Shown here in pieces: positions 37,934 to 47,058 of a stretch of 64,000 nucleotides of DNA. The stretch comes from Christensenella sp. (GTDB taxonomy: Bacteria > Bacillota > Clostridia > Christensenellales > CAG-138), in the NCBI GenBank assembly GCA_034926785.1, contig JAYFQU010000021.1:846-64845 (forward strand). Direction: 5' to 3'. The translations under genes were made by a program, and so were the position numbers. Positions within the stretch are counted from its first letter, which is position 1. Every line of letters starts with the position of its first letter. Below the pieces are notes generated by a model. It did not search any database. It was not told where the DNA came from and saw only the letters and a program-made list of their open reading frames with translations.

Positions 37934-40240
37934 TCAGTTGATCTTGACACCCCAGATCTTCATACCGCGCGTACCGAATACAATCATATTTCCATATACG
38001 GCGGGCGAGGCTTCAATATTCTTCTCCGCATCAAAGGTGCTTAGAAGCGTTCCCGTCTTACCGTCGAGCAGGAATACCTTCCCGCCCGTATCACTGCCCT
38101 CGCACAGGACAATGTAGGCGTTGCCGTTCTCATCGTAGACCGCAACGGGCGAACTCCATGTGTATTTTTCCATGACGTAGGTCCAGCGCACCGCGCCCGT
38201 CGCCTTGTCTAGCGCGAGTAAGACGCCGTCGTCTTTATTCGGCGTTCTGGAGAACGGTATGATCACAAGGTCGGATATGCTCTTCTGACCCAGCAATGCC
38301 GTTGCCTGCACACCGCCGGAAACGTGATCCTTTGTGTTTACATTTTCCCCGTGTTTCCAGACTACTTCTCCGGTTATCGCGTTGATTTTATAGAAGTTCA
38401 CCGATCCTTTCATATCTGCGTCCGCCGTGAAGTGGAGCGACGCGCCGATGTAGATATACGCCGTCCGATTGGCAAAATCGGTTTCAAGCACGGGCGAACC
38501 GTTGGTATCGTCCTGGATATCCTGCGCCCAAACCATCGACATCGTGTTGAGGTTGATGCATTGCAGGAAGCCATCGTTCGTGCCAAGATAGCCGTATTCA
38601 CCGAGTGTGGCGATGCTGGTCTCATAGCCGAGCCAGTATTTATTGTCCGGCGTGTTGTTGCTGTTCGGGTAGGTTGATCGCTCGCCAACATACCGCATTT
38701 TTACAACGTCGCTCGGGTTGACGGAGAGCTGCCCCGTCGTCTCGTCAAACGTGGTGTTGAGCTTAACCGTATAGAGAATGCCGTTTTCGCCGGGATAGAT
38801 CAGCGTGTCGGTCTCCGCGTCCACGAGCGGCGCGCTGTCATAGGCGTGCCAATCGCGCAGAGCGAATTCATCGTTCTGCTTGCCAAACTCATACAGCCGC
38901 GTGAAATCGATCAGGGAATAGACCATCGCACGCGATTTCATCTCGTCGGAGGTATACATATCCCCCGAACCGAGATAGAGGATCGGATATCCGCGCGGGT
39001 CGAGCGATCCAGCGCCCTTAAACGGCATTCCGATGTGCAGTTTATCACGCGTCGGTTCGCCGGTATCCAGATCGAGGAAGTAAACGTTGCCATCCATGGT
39101 TGCGAGGATGACCTCGACCAAGTCGGTTTTTTGCTTGGCCCAGTCATACATGTTCATCAATTGCTTGATGTTATCCGGCCACTTTACAATCAGCGGCTGG
39201 CCAACCCATCCGCTGCCCGTCCATGTATTGGTCGGTTCCCCGCCGATATCGCTGCGCGGCAATTCGCCGGAATCAATCGACCATGCCTTGGAGAGTTTCT
39301 TGCTGCTGACCGCCGCGGTTCCAAACGCAGCATTGTCGCGGTGGTTGTTACCGCGGAACGTGACGATGCCCGTCGCGTTGGAATAGGGCACGTCGGGCAA
39401 AAACTCAATCGGATCGATCCGCTGATAGCTGTCGACCTTGGTTCCGTTGACCTCGACTGCCGTGGTCAATCCATAGACGCTCGGCTGCGTGCTGTCTACC
39501 GCATGCGGAATATCATATGGCGGCGTAGGAGACGGCGTCGGCGTCGGGGAGGGCGACGGCGTGGGAGACGGCGTCGGCGTTTTAAAGATCTCGGCAAACA
39601 AACCTGGCTTTTGGCTTGTTTCGGCACTTTGCGGCGCGCTGTTTGAAGCGCTCAGCGCCTTGATGCCGACGATAACGAGCGCGATGGTAACCAGCGTAAT
39701 GGTCGCGATGAAAAACAGCCTTGGCTGAACGCGAATACGGCGTTTCTTTTTCCTCTTTTTCTTCGGGGCCGGGCCATATCCGCCGCCGGAGGAGCCATAG
39801 CCGCGGCTGCCGCCGGAGCCGGACGACCCGGAACCGGAATATCCGCTGCGCGAAGAGCCGCCGCTCGCGGAAGATGTTGTTCTGCCCGCGCCGTAAGAGC
39901 TCCCACCGGAGGGGGTGCGGCTGCTGTAGGAACTTCCGCTGGAGGATGTTCGGCCGCCGTATTCACTCGCGCCGGAAGAGGTGCGGTTGCCGTAGGAGCT
40001 GCCGCTGGCAGGCGCGCGATTGCCGGAGGATACGGTTCGGCCGCGGCCATATTCGTCAGCATCCCCATAACCGCGGCCGGCTGCGCCGCGTTCGCCGGTG
40101 GAAGGCCGGCTCTGTCCTGGGCGATTGGAGGAGGCGTCCCCCTGCTCCGCGCCATAAGAAGAGCCGGAGGAGCCATAGCCGCTCCTTGGCTGATTCTGCC
40201 GGCCGGATTCTGGGGTATATCGGTTTTTATCGTAGTCCAT
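37934..40240 (-). CDS. Membrane-anchored PQQ-like beta-propeller protein with ~160-aa G/S/R/Y low-complexity N-terminus, paralog 1
   Basis: IDR, KKKRKKKRR, TM, PT/PS linker, WTGSGWVGQPLIVKWP, WSSPVAVYD, IEASPAVY. Confidence 0.8.
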   Translation of the reverse strand: MDYDKNRYTPESGRQNQPRSGYGSSGSSYGAEQGDASSNRPGQSRPSTGERGAAGRGYGDADEYGRGRTVSSGNRAPASGSSYGNRTSSGASEYGGRTSSSGSSYSSRTPSGGSSYGAGRTTSSASGGSSRSGYSGSGSSGSGGSRGYGSSGGGYGPAPKKKRKKKRRIRVQPRLFFIATITLVTIALVIVGIKALSASNSAPQSAETSQKPGLFAEIFKTPTPSPTPSPSPTPTPSPTPPYDIPHAVDSTQPSVYGLTTAVEVNGTKVDSYQRIDPIEFLPDVPYSNATGIVTFRGNNHRDNAAFGTAAVSSKKLSKAWSIDSGELPRSDIGGEPTNTWTGSGWVGQPLIVKWPDNIKQLMNMYDWAKQKTDLVEVILATMDGNVYFLDLDTGEPTRDKLHIGMPFKGAGSLDPRGYPILYLGSGDMYTSDEMKSRAMVYSLIDFTRLYEFGKQNDEFALRDWHAYDSAPLVDAETDTLIYPGENGILYTVKLNTTFDETTGQLSVNPSDVVKMRYVGERSTYPNSNNTPDNKYWLGYETSIATLGEYGYLGTNDGFLQCINLNTMSMVWAQDIQDDTNGSPVLETDFANRTAYIYIGASLHFTADADMKGSVNFYKINAITGEVVWKHGENVNTKDHVSGGVQATALLGQKSISDLVIIPFSRTPNKDDGVLLALDKATGAVRWTYVMEKYTWSSPVAVYDENGNAYIVLCEGSDTGGKVFLLDGKTGTLLSTFDAEKNIEASPAVYGNMIVFGTRGMKIWGVKIN

Positions 40241-40452
40241 GTCTGCTGCCTCCTAATAAACAAGGGCGATCCAACGCCCTCGGGAGCGCTGATATCGGAA
40301 CCATTATAGCACCCCTATATGGGTATTTTGTTGTTATATTGTAAACAGTTCACCCTTTTGACACAAAATACAGCGATATCCGATACCGCCAAAACCACTT
40401 TTTTTGATGTCTTTCGAAGGACTTTTTGCCACAGCCCATCTGGTTGGGAGCG

Positions 40453-40482
40453 AAAAAAAGGATACCGCAGGGCACGGTATCC
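40453..40482 (-). terminator. Terminator after DUF1002 gene
   Basis: GGATACCG/CGGTATCC stem preceded by an A-run (T-run on minus). Confidence 0.65.
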
Positions 40483-40514
40483 TCCCTCTTGCGCCACTTC
40501 GGCGCAATAACACC

Positions 40515-41393
40515 TTACTCGGTTTGGGATCCAAACACGCCGGAGAAAAAGCTGCCAACGGAGGAAAAGAATCCTTTCACATCGTTGAACACCTTGCTCG
40601 TCACCTCGCCGACCTTGTTCGCCGTCTGCGCGGCTTTTGCGATGCCGACGAGCTGATCCTGCAACTGACCCGCATCCAGCCCTTCCAGTTTGCGAACCAG
40701 CGAGAGAACCTGCTCAATCTGCGCATTGGTCAGGGCAACGTTATACATCTGCGCGAGATTCTTGATCTCCGCGCGGACCTCGTCGTCCGTCATCCCCTGC
40801 GTTTTGTCAAGCATGCTCTTAAGTTCGTTGATCATCTGCGTCGCGTCGTCGCTGCCGATGTACTCCGCGAGTTCGCCGGTAACGACGAGCTCTTCCGCGC
40901 CCGCCGCCTTGGCGAGACTGGAGAGCGAGTTGCCCGTGATGTCTTCGTATGCTTTATAGGCCCCTGTCAGCGCGCCCGTGCCGGAAACGGGGAACGGAGC
41001 GCTCACAATCACCTGCGCGTCCGCAATGCCAGCGGTTGCGAGGGCGTTTTTATACATATCCTCCGTGCAGTAGTTGATGTTATGAATCTCAATGCTGAGT
41101 CCCGAACCTTCGGGAAGCGTCTTGATATAGATGCAGGAGAGCGCAACGCTGCCGATCTTCCCGTCCGGCACAAGCCCTTCCAGATAGCTGCGTTCCTCAT
41201 CGTTCGTAACGGAGAGTTCGGTCACGCTGCCCTCTTCGATACCAAAATCCGAATAGACCGCCTCACGCTGCCGGTCGGTCAAGTCCGCGCCCATTGTGAC
41301 GCGCTCCTGTCCATCTTCGTCTGCAAGCGCTGCCGGTATAAAAAGCGAAAAGCTCACCGCAAGGGCAAGCGCTGCCGCAACAAGTTTTTTCAT
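40515..41393 (-). CDS. DUF1002 (YpuA-like) secreted protein
   Basis: Signal peptide; VTMGADLT, VTNDEE..YL, MYKNALATAGI, APFPVSGTGALTG. Confidence 0.85.
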   Translation of the reverse strand: MKKLVAAALALAVSFSLFIPAALADEDGQERVTMGADLTDRQREAVYSDFGIEEGSVTELSVTNDEERSYLEGLVPDGKIGSVALSCIYIKTLPEGSGLSIEIHNINYCTEDMYKNALATAGIADAQVIVSAPFPVSGTGALTGAYKAYEDITGNSLSSLAKAAGAEELVVTGELAEYIGSDDATQMINELKSMLDKTQGMTDDEVRAEIKNLAQMYNVALTNAQIEQVLSLVRKLEGLDAGQLQDQLVGIAKAAQTANKVGEVTSKVFNDVKGFFSSVGSFFSGVFGSQTE

Positions 41394-41621
41394 GGGTATC
41401 CCTCCTTATGTAACGCGCAAAGTATAGCACACCCATTTGTGTGCGTCGATGGATTCTCGGCAATCTTTTCGCGTTCGTCATGTTTTTTTCTATTTTTTTC
41501 ACAAATGGACGTGCTGCGTTATTGATTAACAATCATTTCTAGTTTTGTTGTCTATCTTACTGTCGCACCTTGCAATCCCGGCTCATAAGAAAAATATATT
41601 GTACAAATTTCAAATATGCTC

Positions 41622-41659
41622 TTGTGCTTCACCGTGCTAAAGTGTTATAGTGCTAAATG
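41622..41659 (+). promoter_or_regulatory. ABC operon promoter overlapped by GTGCTAAA repeats (HisR/YerC-like operator candidate)
   Basis: TTGTGC-N18-TATAGT; TGCTTCACCGTGCTAAAGTG and a second GTGCTAAA. Confidence 0.5.
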
Positions 41660-41714
41660 TTGAATGAATTCGACCAAATATTCGATCCGGCTCGGATCGC
41701 AGGAGGATGAACCC

Positions 41715-42515
41715 ATGAAAAGAACCTTTGCCCTAATCGTGATGGTCATGATGCTTGTGTTGAGCACTGCCTGCGCGGCTCCCGCCGCCCCCGCCGCATC
41801 CGGCAATGATGACTGGAGCTATATCCAGTCCAAGGGAACGCTGGTCATCGGATATACCGAGTATGCGCCGATGAACTATACCGAGAATGGAACGCTTGTC
41901 GGCTTTGATACCGAGTTTGCCGAAGCGGTCTGCGCAAAGCTCAATCTCAAGCCGGAGTTTGTCGAGATCGACTGGGACACCAAAGAGCTTGAACTCGCCG
42001 GCAAAAAGATTGACTGCATCTGGAACGGCTTAACGGTTACAGAGGAACGCAAAGCGAATATGGATTTCACCGTTTCTTATCTGAAAAATCAGCAGGTGGT
42101 CGTCATCCGTACAGCGGACGCTGAGAAGTATCCCGACGCCGCGAGCTTAGCGGGCGCGGTAGTCGTCGCCGAGGCGGGCAGCGCGGGTGCCGCCGCCATC
42201 GCGGCCAATCTGCCCGACTCCGAGTTCATCGAGGTTCAGGCGCAGAGCGACGCCCTGCTGGAGGTGAAAACCGGCAAGGCCGCGGCAGCCGTCATCGACC
42301 TGACCATGGCAAAGGCAATGACCGGCGAAAGCACGGATTACAGCGACCTTTCCATAGCGCCCATCGACATGATGGATGAGGAATATGCCATTGGGTTCCG
42401 CGTTGGCAGCAGCGCGAAAGCGAAGGTGGATGAAGCGATCGCCGCTTTGACGGCGGACGGAACCATCGCCGCGATCGCGAAAAAATATGACCTGACCGAT
42501 CTTCTGATTCAATAA
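41715..42515 (+). CDS. Polar amino-acid ABC transporter substrate-binding lipoprotein
   Basis: Lipobox STAC; GFDTEFA, IDWDTKELEL, IDCIWNGLT; AGGAGG RBS. Confidence 0.92.
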   Translation: MKRTFALIVMVMMLVLSTACAAPAAPAASGNDDWSYIQSKGTLVIGYTEYAPMNYTENGTLVGFDTEFAEAVCAKLNLKPEFVEIDWDTKELELAGKKIDCIWNGLTVTEERKANMDFTVSYLKNQQVVVIRTADAEKYPDAASLAGAVVVAEAGSAGAAAIAANLPDSEFIEVQAQSDALLEVKTGKAAAAVIDLTMAKAMTGESTDYSDLSIAPIDMMDEEYAIGFRVGSSAKAKVDEAIAALTADGTIAAIAKKYDLTDLLIQ

Positions 42516-42592
42516 TCGGCTTTGGAACACTTTCGTTGATATAGATTTCCTGTTTCACAGCGAATACTCTTTCCATCATAGCGCGAAATGCG

Positions 42593-42635
42593 ATAGAATG
42601 ATTGCGGGAGGGATCCCTTCCCGCAATCATTCTAT
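42593..42635. repeat. Long intergenic inverted repeat (mRNA-stabilising/attenuating hairpin)
   Basis: ATAGAATGATTGCGGGA / TCCCGCAATCATTCTAT, 17-bp perfect arms between the SBP and permease genes. Confidence 0.8.
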
Positions 42636-42697
42636 TCTTCTGCAGAATCTACGATCCGAATTGTTTGTTTATCTTTTTTTAAGGGGATTCCCGCCGC

Positions 42698-43348
42698 ATG
42701 ACGACATTTGTAACAGTCTCGCTCAAGCTCCTGGAGGGCTTCGGCACAACGTTTTTCATCTTCGCGATCACGCTGCTTCTGGCAATCCCGCTAGGACTGC
42801 CGATTGCGCTGTGCTCCATGAGTCGTTTTCAGCCTCTGCGCCTGCTCTCGCGCGGATTTGTCTGGATCATTCGCGGCACGCCGCTGATGCTGCAGGTCAT
42901 CATCGTGTTCTACGGGCCGGATCTCATTGGCATGTCCGCGTCCCTGCCGCGCATGAGCGCGGTGGTCGTCGCGTTTGTCATCAACTATGCCGCTTATTTT
43001 TCGGAGATCTATCGCGGCGGCATCGAAGGCGTTCCGCGCGGCCAATTTGAGGCGGGCCAAGTGCTTGGTCTAAAAAAGGGCCAGATTTTTTATCGCATCG
43101 CCCTGCCGCAGGTGATCAAGCGAATTTTAGCCCCCATGAGCAACGAGGTCATCACGTTGGTCAAGGATACCTCCCTTGCCCGCATCATCGCGGTTCGCGA
43201 ACTGATCATGGAAGCCTCCGCCTTCATCAAAACACAGGCGCTGCTCTGGCCGCTGTTTTATTCCGGCGCGTTTTATCTCATCTTCTGCGGCGCATTGACG
43301 CTTCTGTTCCATGCGCTGGAAAAAAAGCTCGACTATATTAAGGTGTAA
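42698..43348 (+). CDS. Amino-acid ABC transporter permease
   Basis: RGTPLMLQ, NYAAYFSEIYRGGI..GQFEAG, NEVITLVKDTSL. Confidence 0.94.
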   Translation: MTTFVTVSLKLLEGFGTTFFIFAITLLLAIPLGLPIALCSMSRFQPLRLLSRGFVWIIRGTPLMLQVIIVFYGPDLIGMSASLPRMSAVVVAFVINYAAYFSEIYRGGIEGVPRGQFEAGQVLGLKKGQIFYRIALPQVIKRILAPMSNEVITLVKDTSLARIIAVRELIMEASAFIKTQALLWPLFYSGAFYLIFCGALTLLFHALEKKLDYIKV

Positions 43349-43352
43349 GAAC

Positions 43353-44132
43353 ATGCAGCATATTTTAGATGTACAGCATTTGGCAAAACGATTCGGCAGC
43401 GCGGAAGTTCTGAGCGACATCAATTTTTCATTGGCGCCGGGCGAGGTGGTCTCCATCATCGGTTCCTCCGGCAGTGGGAAAACGACCTTGCTTCGCTGCC
43501 TCAATTTTTTAGAACAGCCGGACGCCGGACGGATTCTTGTCAATGGCGAAACGCTGTTTGACGCGGACGACCCGGCAACCAAGCAGGAGAAAAACCTCCG
43601 CCATAAGCGGTTGCACTTCGGCCTCGTGTTTCAATCGTTCCATCTTTTCCCGCAGTATACGGCAAAACGAAATATCACGCTCGCCATGGAACTGCATGCA
43701 CGGGAACGGAAGGACTATCGCGCCAATAAACGCGAAATATTGCGGGAGATCAGCAAGCGTGCGGAAGAATTGCTTTTCGAAGTAAACCTGAGCGACAAGG
43801 CGAATCATTATCCCTATCAGCTTTCCGGCGGACAGCAGCAGCGCATCGCCATCGCGCGGGCGCTTGCGCTCAACCCTGAAATCCTCTGTTTCGATGAGCC
43901 GACCAGCGCGCTGGATCCGGAGCTCTCCGCCGAGGTGCTCGCAACCATTCGCCGCCTCGCGGAGCTTGGGCGCACCATGATCCTCGTCACGCATGAGATG
44001 AGCTTTGCGCGGCAGGTTTCCAGTCGCGTTCTTTTTATGGCGGACGGAAATATCCTGGAGGAAGGTACGCCGGAGGAGCTCTTTGGCAACCCGGGGACCG
44101 CAAGACTGCAGAGCTTTTTGGCGAATTCTTAA
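43353..44132 (+). CDS. Amino-acid ABC transporter ATP-binding protein
   Basis: GSSGSGKTT, LSGGQQQR, FDEPTSALDPE, VTHEM. Confidence 0.94.
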   Translation: MQHILDVQHLAKRFGSAEVLSDINFSLAPGEVVSIIGSSGSGKTTLLRCLNFLEQPDAGRILVNGETLFDADDPATKQEKNLRHKRLHFGLVFQSFHLFPQYTAKRNITLAMELHARERKDYRANKREILREISKRAEELLFEVNLSDKANHYPYQLSGGQQQRIAIARALALNPEILCFDEPTSALDPELSAEVLATIRRLAELGRTMILVTHEMSFARQVSSRVLFMADGNILEEGTPEELFGNPGTARLQSFLANS

Positions 44133-44158
44133 TTTCCTGCCCGGAAAGGGGTACTTCT

Positions 44159-44602
44159 ATGTCAGCTGATTGGCCCGCCGCCGGTTCTGGCCAACCGGAA
44201 AGCGTGTTGGATGCAGGCCCGTTTTATCATGGCACCAAGGCCGATTTGACTCCGGGTGATCTTCTGGAGGTGGGCTTTGTCTCCAACTACAGCGATAAAA
44301 AGGCTGCCTTCCTCTACATGACTGCAACCGTGGATGCTGCGATTTGGGGCGCGGAGCTGGCGAAAGGCAGCGGGCGAGGCCGCATCTATATCGTAGAACC
44401 CACAGGAGCATTTGAAAACGACCCCAATTTGACCGATCAACGGTTCCCCGGCAACCCCACCCGGTCCTATCGCACCAGAGATCCGCTTCACGTTGTCGGA
44501 GAACTGGCCGGCTGGTCGGGACATGCGCCGGAGGCGCTGCAAGCAATGCTGGATCAATTGGCGGAGTTAAAGCGCCTTGGCATCGAAGCCATCAATGAGT
44601 GA
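44159..44602 (+). CDS. arr: NAD(+)--rifampin ADP-ribosyltransferase
   Basis: GPFYHGTKADL, SNY, Y.T, WGAELA, IYIVEPTG.FENDPNLT..RFPGNPTRSYR. Confidence 0.93.
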   Translation: MSADWPAAGSGQPESVLDAGPFYHGTKADLTPGDLLEVGFVSNYSDKKAAFLYMTATVDAAIWGAELAKGSGRGRIYIVEPTGAFENDPNLTDQRFPGNPTRSYRTRDPLHVVGELAGWSGHAPEALQAMLDQLAELKRLGIEAINE

Positions 44603-44645
44603 AGGTTTGCTCTTGCCGCCCGTTGATCGCATCACGAGGTGATTC

Positions 44646-45194
44646 ATGGATCAGCCAATTTCAATTGAGACCCGGAGGCTGCTGTTAAGGCCGCTCTTCT
44701 TGGCGGATGCGGAGGAATTTTTTGCCTATCGTTCCCTGCCGGAGGTCGGCCTGTTTCAGTCCTGGCAGCCGGAAACGATAGAAGAAGTGCAGGCGTTCCT
44801 CACCAAGAGCGAGTCCGCCGCGCCCGATACGCCGGATTCATGGTATCAACTCGCGATCTGCCTGCCGGATGGGCGGCTGATTGGCGACATCGGCATCCAT
44901 ACGCTGGATCATGATCAGCTGGAGCTTGGATATACCCTCTCCCCCTCGTTCCAGGGGATGGGATATGCGACAGAGGCCGTCCACGCCATCATCCGGGAGG
45001 CGTTTACGGTTTGGAACACGCATCGGATCGCCGCGTCTGTCGACCCGGACAATCGCGCGTCCATTCGTCTGCTGGAACGTCTCGGCTTTCGCAGGGAAGC
45101 GCATCTGATCAAAAGTTATTGGACGGGAGATCGATGGGCGGACGACTGCATCTATGCCATGTTGCGGGAGGAATACCGCAATCTTGACAGGTAG
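44646..45194 (+). CDS. GNAT acetyltransferase (RimJ/RimL-like)
   Basis: IETRRLLLR, ELGYTL..FQGMGYATEA, N.ASIRLLERLGF. Confidence 0.9.
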   Translation: MDQPISIETRRLLLRPLFLADAEEFFAYRSLPEVGLFQSWQPETIEEVQAFLTKSESAAPDTPDSWYQLAICLPDGRLIGDIGIHTLDHDQLELGYTLSPSFQGMGYATEAVHAIIREAFTVWNTHRIAASVDPDNRASIRLLERLGFRREAHLIKSYWTGDRWADDCIYAMLREEYRNLDR

Positions 45195-45230
45195 CGCACT
45201 GTGGACATTTCGGATTCGCGAGGAAATCGC

Positions 45231-45734
45231 ATGCGGGTTGAATTGATCGAAGCGTATCAGCATATTTTGGATGTGTCGGCATTGTTTGAGGAATATGCCG
45301 CCTCGATTGACGTCGATCTGAACTATCAAAACTTTTCCGGGGAGTTGTCCGGCCTGCCTGGAAAATATGCTAAGCCGGATGGCGGGCTTTATCTTGCGCT
45401 TGTGGACGACTTTCCTGCCGGGTGTGCGGCCATGCGCCGGCTGGATTCCACGCGTGCGGAGATGAAGCGATTGTTCGTACGCCCGGATTATCGAAACCTC
45501 CATCTTGGCCGCATGCTTGCGGAGCGAATCATTCAGGACGCTGCCGCCGCAGAATATCGCTTTCTTGTCCTCGATACGCTTTCTACGATGGATCGTGCAA
45601 AGTCGCTCTATCGCGCGCTGGGATTTGTAGAAATTGCGCCGTATTATAGCAGCCCGGTCGCGGAAACCACGTTTCTATCCCTTTCGCTCGATCCCTGTAG
45701 AATGATCCGCGCGTCTGGCGCTAACGGTGCTTGA
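45231..45734 (+). CDS. GNAT acetyltransferase
   Basis: LNYQNF..EL..LPGKY, EMKRLFVRP.YR, LDTL..M..A..LY..LGF. Confidence 0.9.
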   Translation: MRVELIEAYQHILDVSALFEEYAASIDVDLNYQNFSGELSGLPGKYAKPDGGLYLALVDDFPAGCAAMRRLDSTRAEMKRLFVRPDYRNLHLGRMLAERIIQDAAAAEYRFLVLDTLSTMDRAKSLYRALGFVEIAPYYSSPVAETTFLSLSLDPCRMIRASGANGA

Positions 45735-45848
45735 CCCGGCCATTTTTGCTTTGGGTCGCGATCGTCTGTTTGGCGGCACAGGCATGCGGCAGCTATCCCA
45801 CGCTACGCAAATTCTATCCACTCAAAAACAACCAAGGAGGATTTCATC

Positions 45849-46730
45849 ATGCAGCAGATCATCCCGCATCTATGGTACGATACCGGAGCGGCGGAAGCCG
45901 CGAACCTCTACGTTTCGTTGTTTGAAAACTCCCGCATTCTGCAGGTAACAACCCTGCATGGCACGCCGTCGGGCGATGTGGACACCGTCGATTTTGAACT
46001 GGCCGGCGTACGCTTTGCCGCCATCAGCGCAGGGCCATACTTCGCGCTCAACTCCGCCATCTCGCTGATGGTCACCTGCCGCAGCGTAGAGGAGGTTGAC
46101 CGGCTCTATGCCGCATTGTCTGAAGGAGCTACGGAACTCATGCCGCTTGGAGAATACCCCTTCAGCAAACGTTATGCCTGGCTGGCGGATCGCTTTGGCC
46201 TAAACTGGCAGTTCACCTATTTTGAGACCGACGAAATTGCGCAAAAAATCCGTCCGAATCTGCTCTTTGCAAACGAAGTTTGCGGCAAGGCGGGCGAAGC
46301 GTTTACGTTTTATGCGTCGGTCTTTCCCGGGTCGGTGCCCGGCTATGTCAATCACTATCTGCCAGGCGAAGCAAGAAATGACTGCGCAAAGATCAACTAT
46401 TCGGAGCTAACCCTGCTCGGGCATCAGTTCGTTGCGATGGATCACGGCTTGGGCGAGGGCGACCCTTTTAACGAGGCGTTCTCCTTTATGGTGCTCTGCA
46501 AGAATCAGCAGGAGATTGACTATTACTGGGAAAAGCTCTCTTTCGTGCCGGAAGCGGAGCAATGCGGCTGGCTCAAAGATCCGTTTGGCCTCTCTTGGCA
46601 GATTGTCCCGGAGAACATGGGGAATCAGCTCGCCGCCGCAACGCCGGAACAGCGAGCGCGTATGACCGAAGCCTTCCTCTCCATGAAAAAGCTCGATATC
46701 GCTGCGCTGGAACAGGCGCGCTTGGGATGA
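45849..46730 (+). CDS. VOC/PhnB-like (3-demethylubiquinone-9 3-methyltransferase family) tandem-domain protein
   Basis: MQQIIPHLWY, WLADRFGLNWQ, CGWLKDPFGLSWQIVP, MKKLDIA. Confidence 0.9.
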   Translation: MQQIIPHLWYDTGAAEAANLYVSLFENSRILQVTTLHGTPSGDVDTVDFELAGVRFAAISAGPYFALNSAISLMVTCRSVEEVDRLYAALSEGATELMPLGEYPFSKRYAWLADRFGLNWQFTYFETDEIAQKIRPNLLFANEVCGKAGEAFTFYASVFPGSVPGYVNHYLPGEARNDCAKINYSELTLLGHQFVAMDHGLGEGDPFNEAFSFMVLCKNQQEIDYYWEKLSFVPEAEQCGWLKDPFGLSWQIVPENMGNQLAAATPEQRARMTEAFLSMKKLDIAALEQARLG

Positions 46731-46761
46731 TCCTAGGCGAGTCGCAAAAGAAGCGCGGAGG

Positions 46762-46950
46762 ATAAAGCTGTTTCTCATCAACGGCAGCGCGCGGGCGGCA
46801 ATACCGCCCATGTCAGGACACCCTTTGAAGAGTCCCTTGCCGTGGAGGCAAAAAAAGAGCGGAACGCGCTCGAGTTGGTCCGCGTAAACCTTGCGCGGCA
46901 TTGCCCCTTGCCCTGCCTTGCGATAAATGCAGAAACTCGCAAAGATAGGG
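46762..46950 (+). pseudogene. Degenerate flavodoxin / iron-sulfur flavoprotein 5' fragment
   Basis: IKLFLINGSAR, frameshift, GNTAHV...ELVRVNL...PC, frameshift, CDKC; resembles INGSPR..GNT..PCxxCxxC; ATA in place of ATG. Confidence 0.5.
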
Positions 46951-47058
46951 CCTGCGCCGGCGCGCATCCGTCAGTTGCACGCAAAGCGCGTAGTCTGTTA
47001 CCACGTCGGAGAATGCCACGCGGTGCGATCAAACATCTGGCGCTGCAAAGGAGCACGC

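Noticed and set aside
39520-39580. GGCGT(C/A/G)GG-type short repeats
   Set aside because: They simply encode the PTPSPTPSPSPTPTPSPTP linker of the propeller protein.
41634-41659. GTGCTAA as a CIRCE (HrcA) element
   Set aside because: These are direct repeats only; the TTAGCACTC-N9-GAGTGCTAA inverted repeat is absent and the downstream genes are not chaperones.
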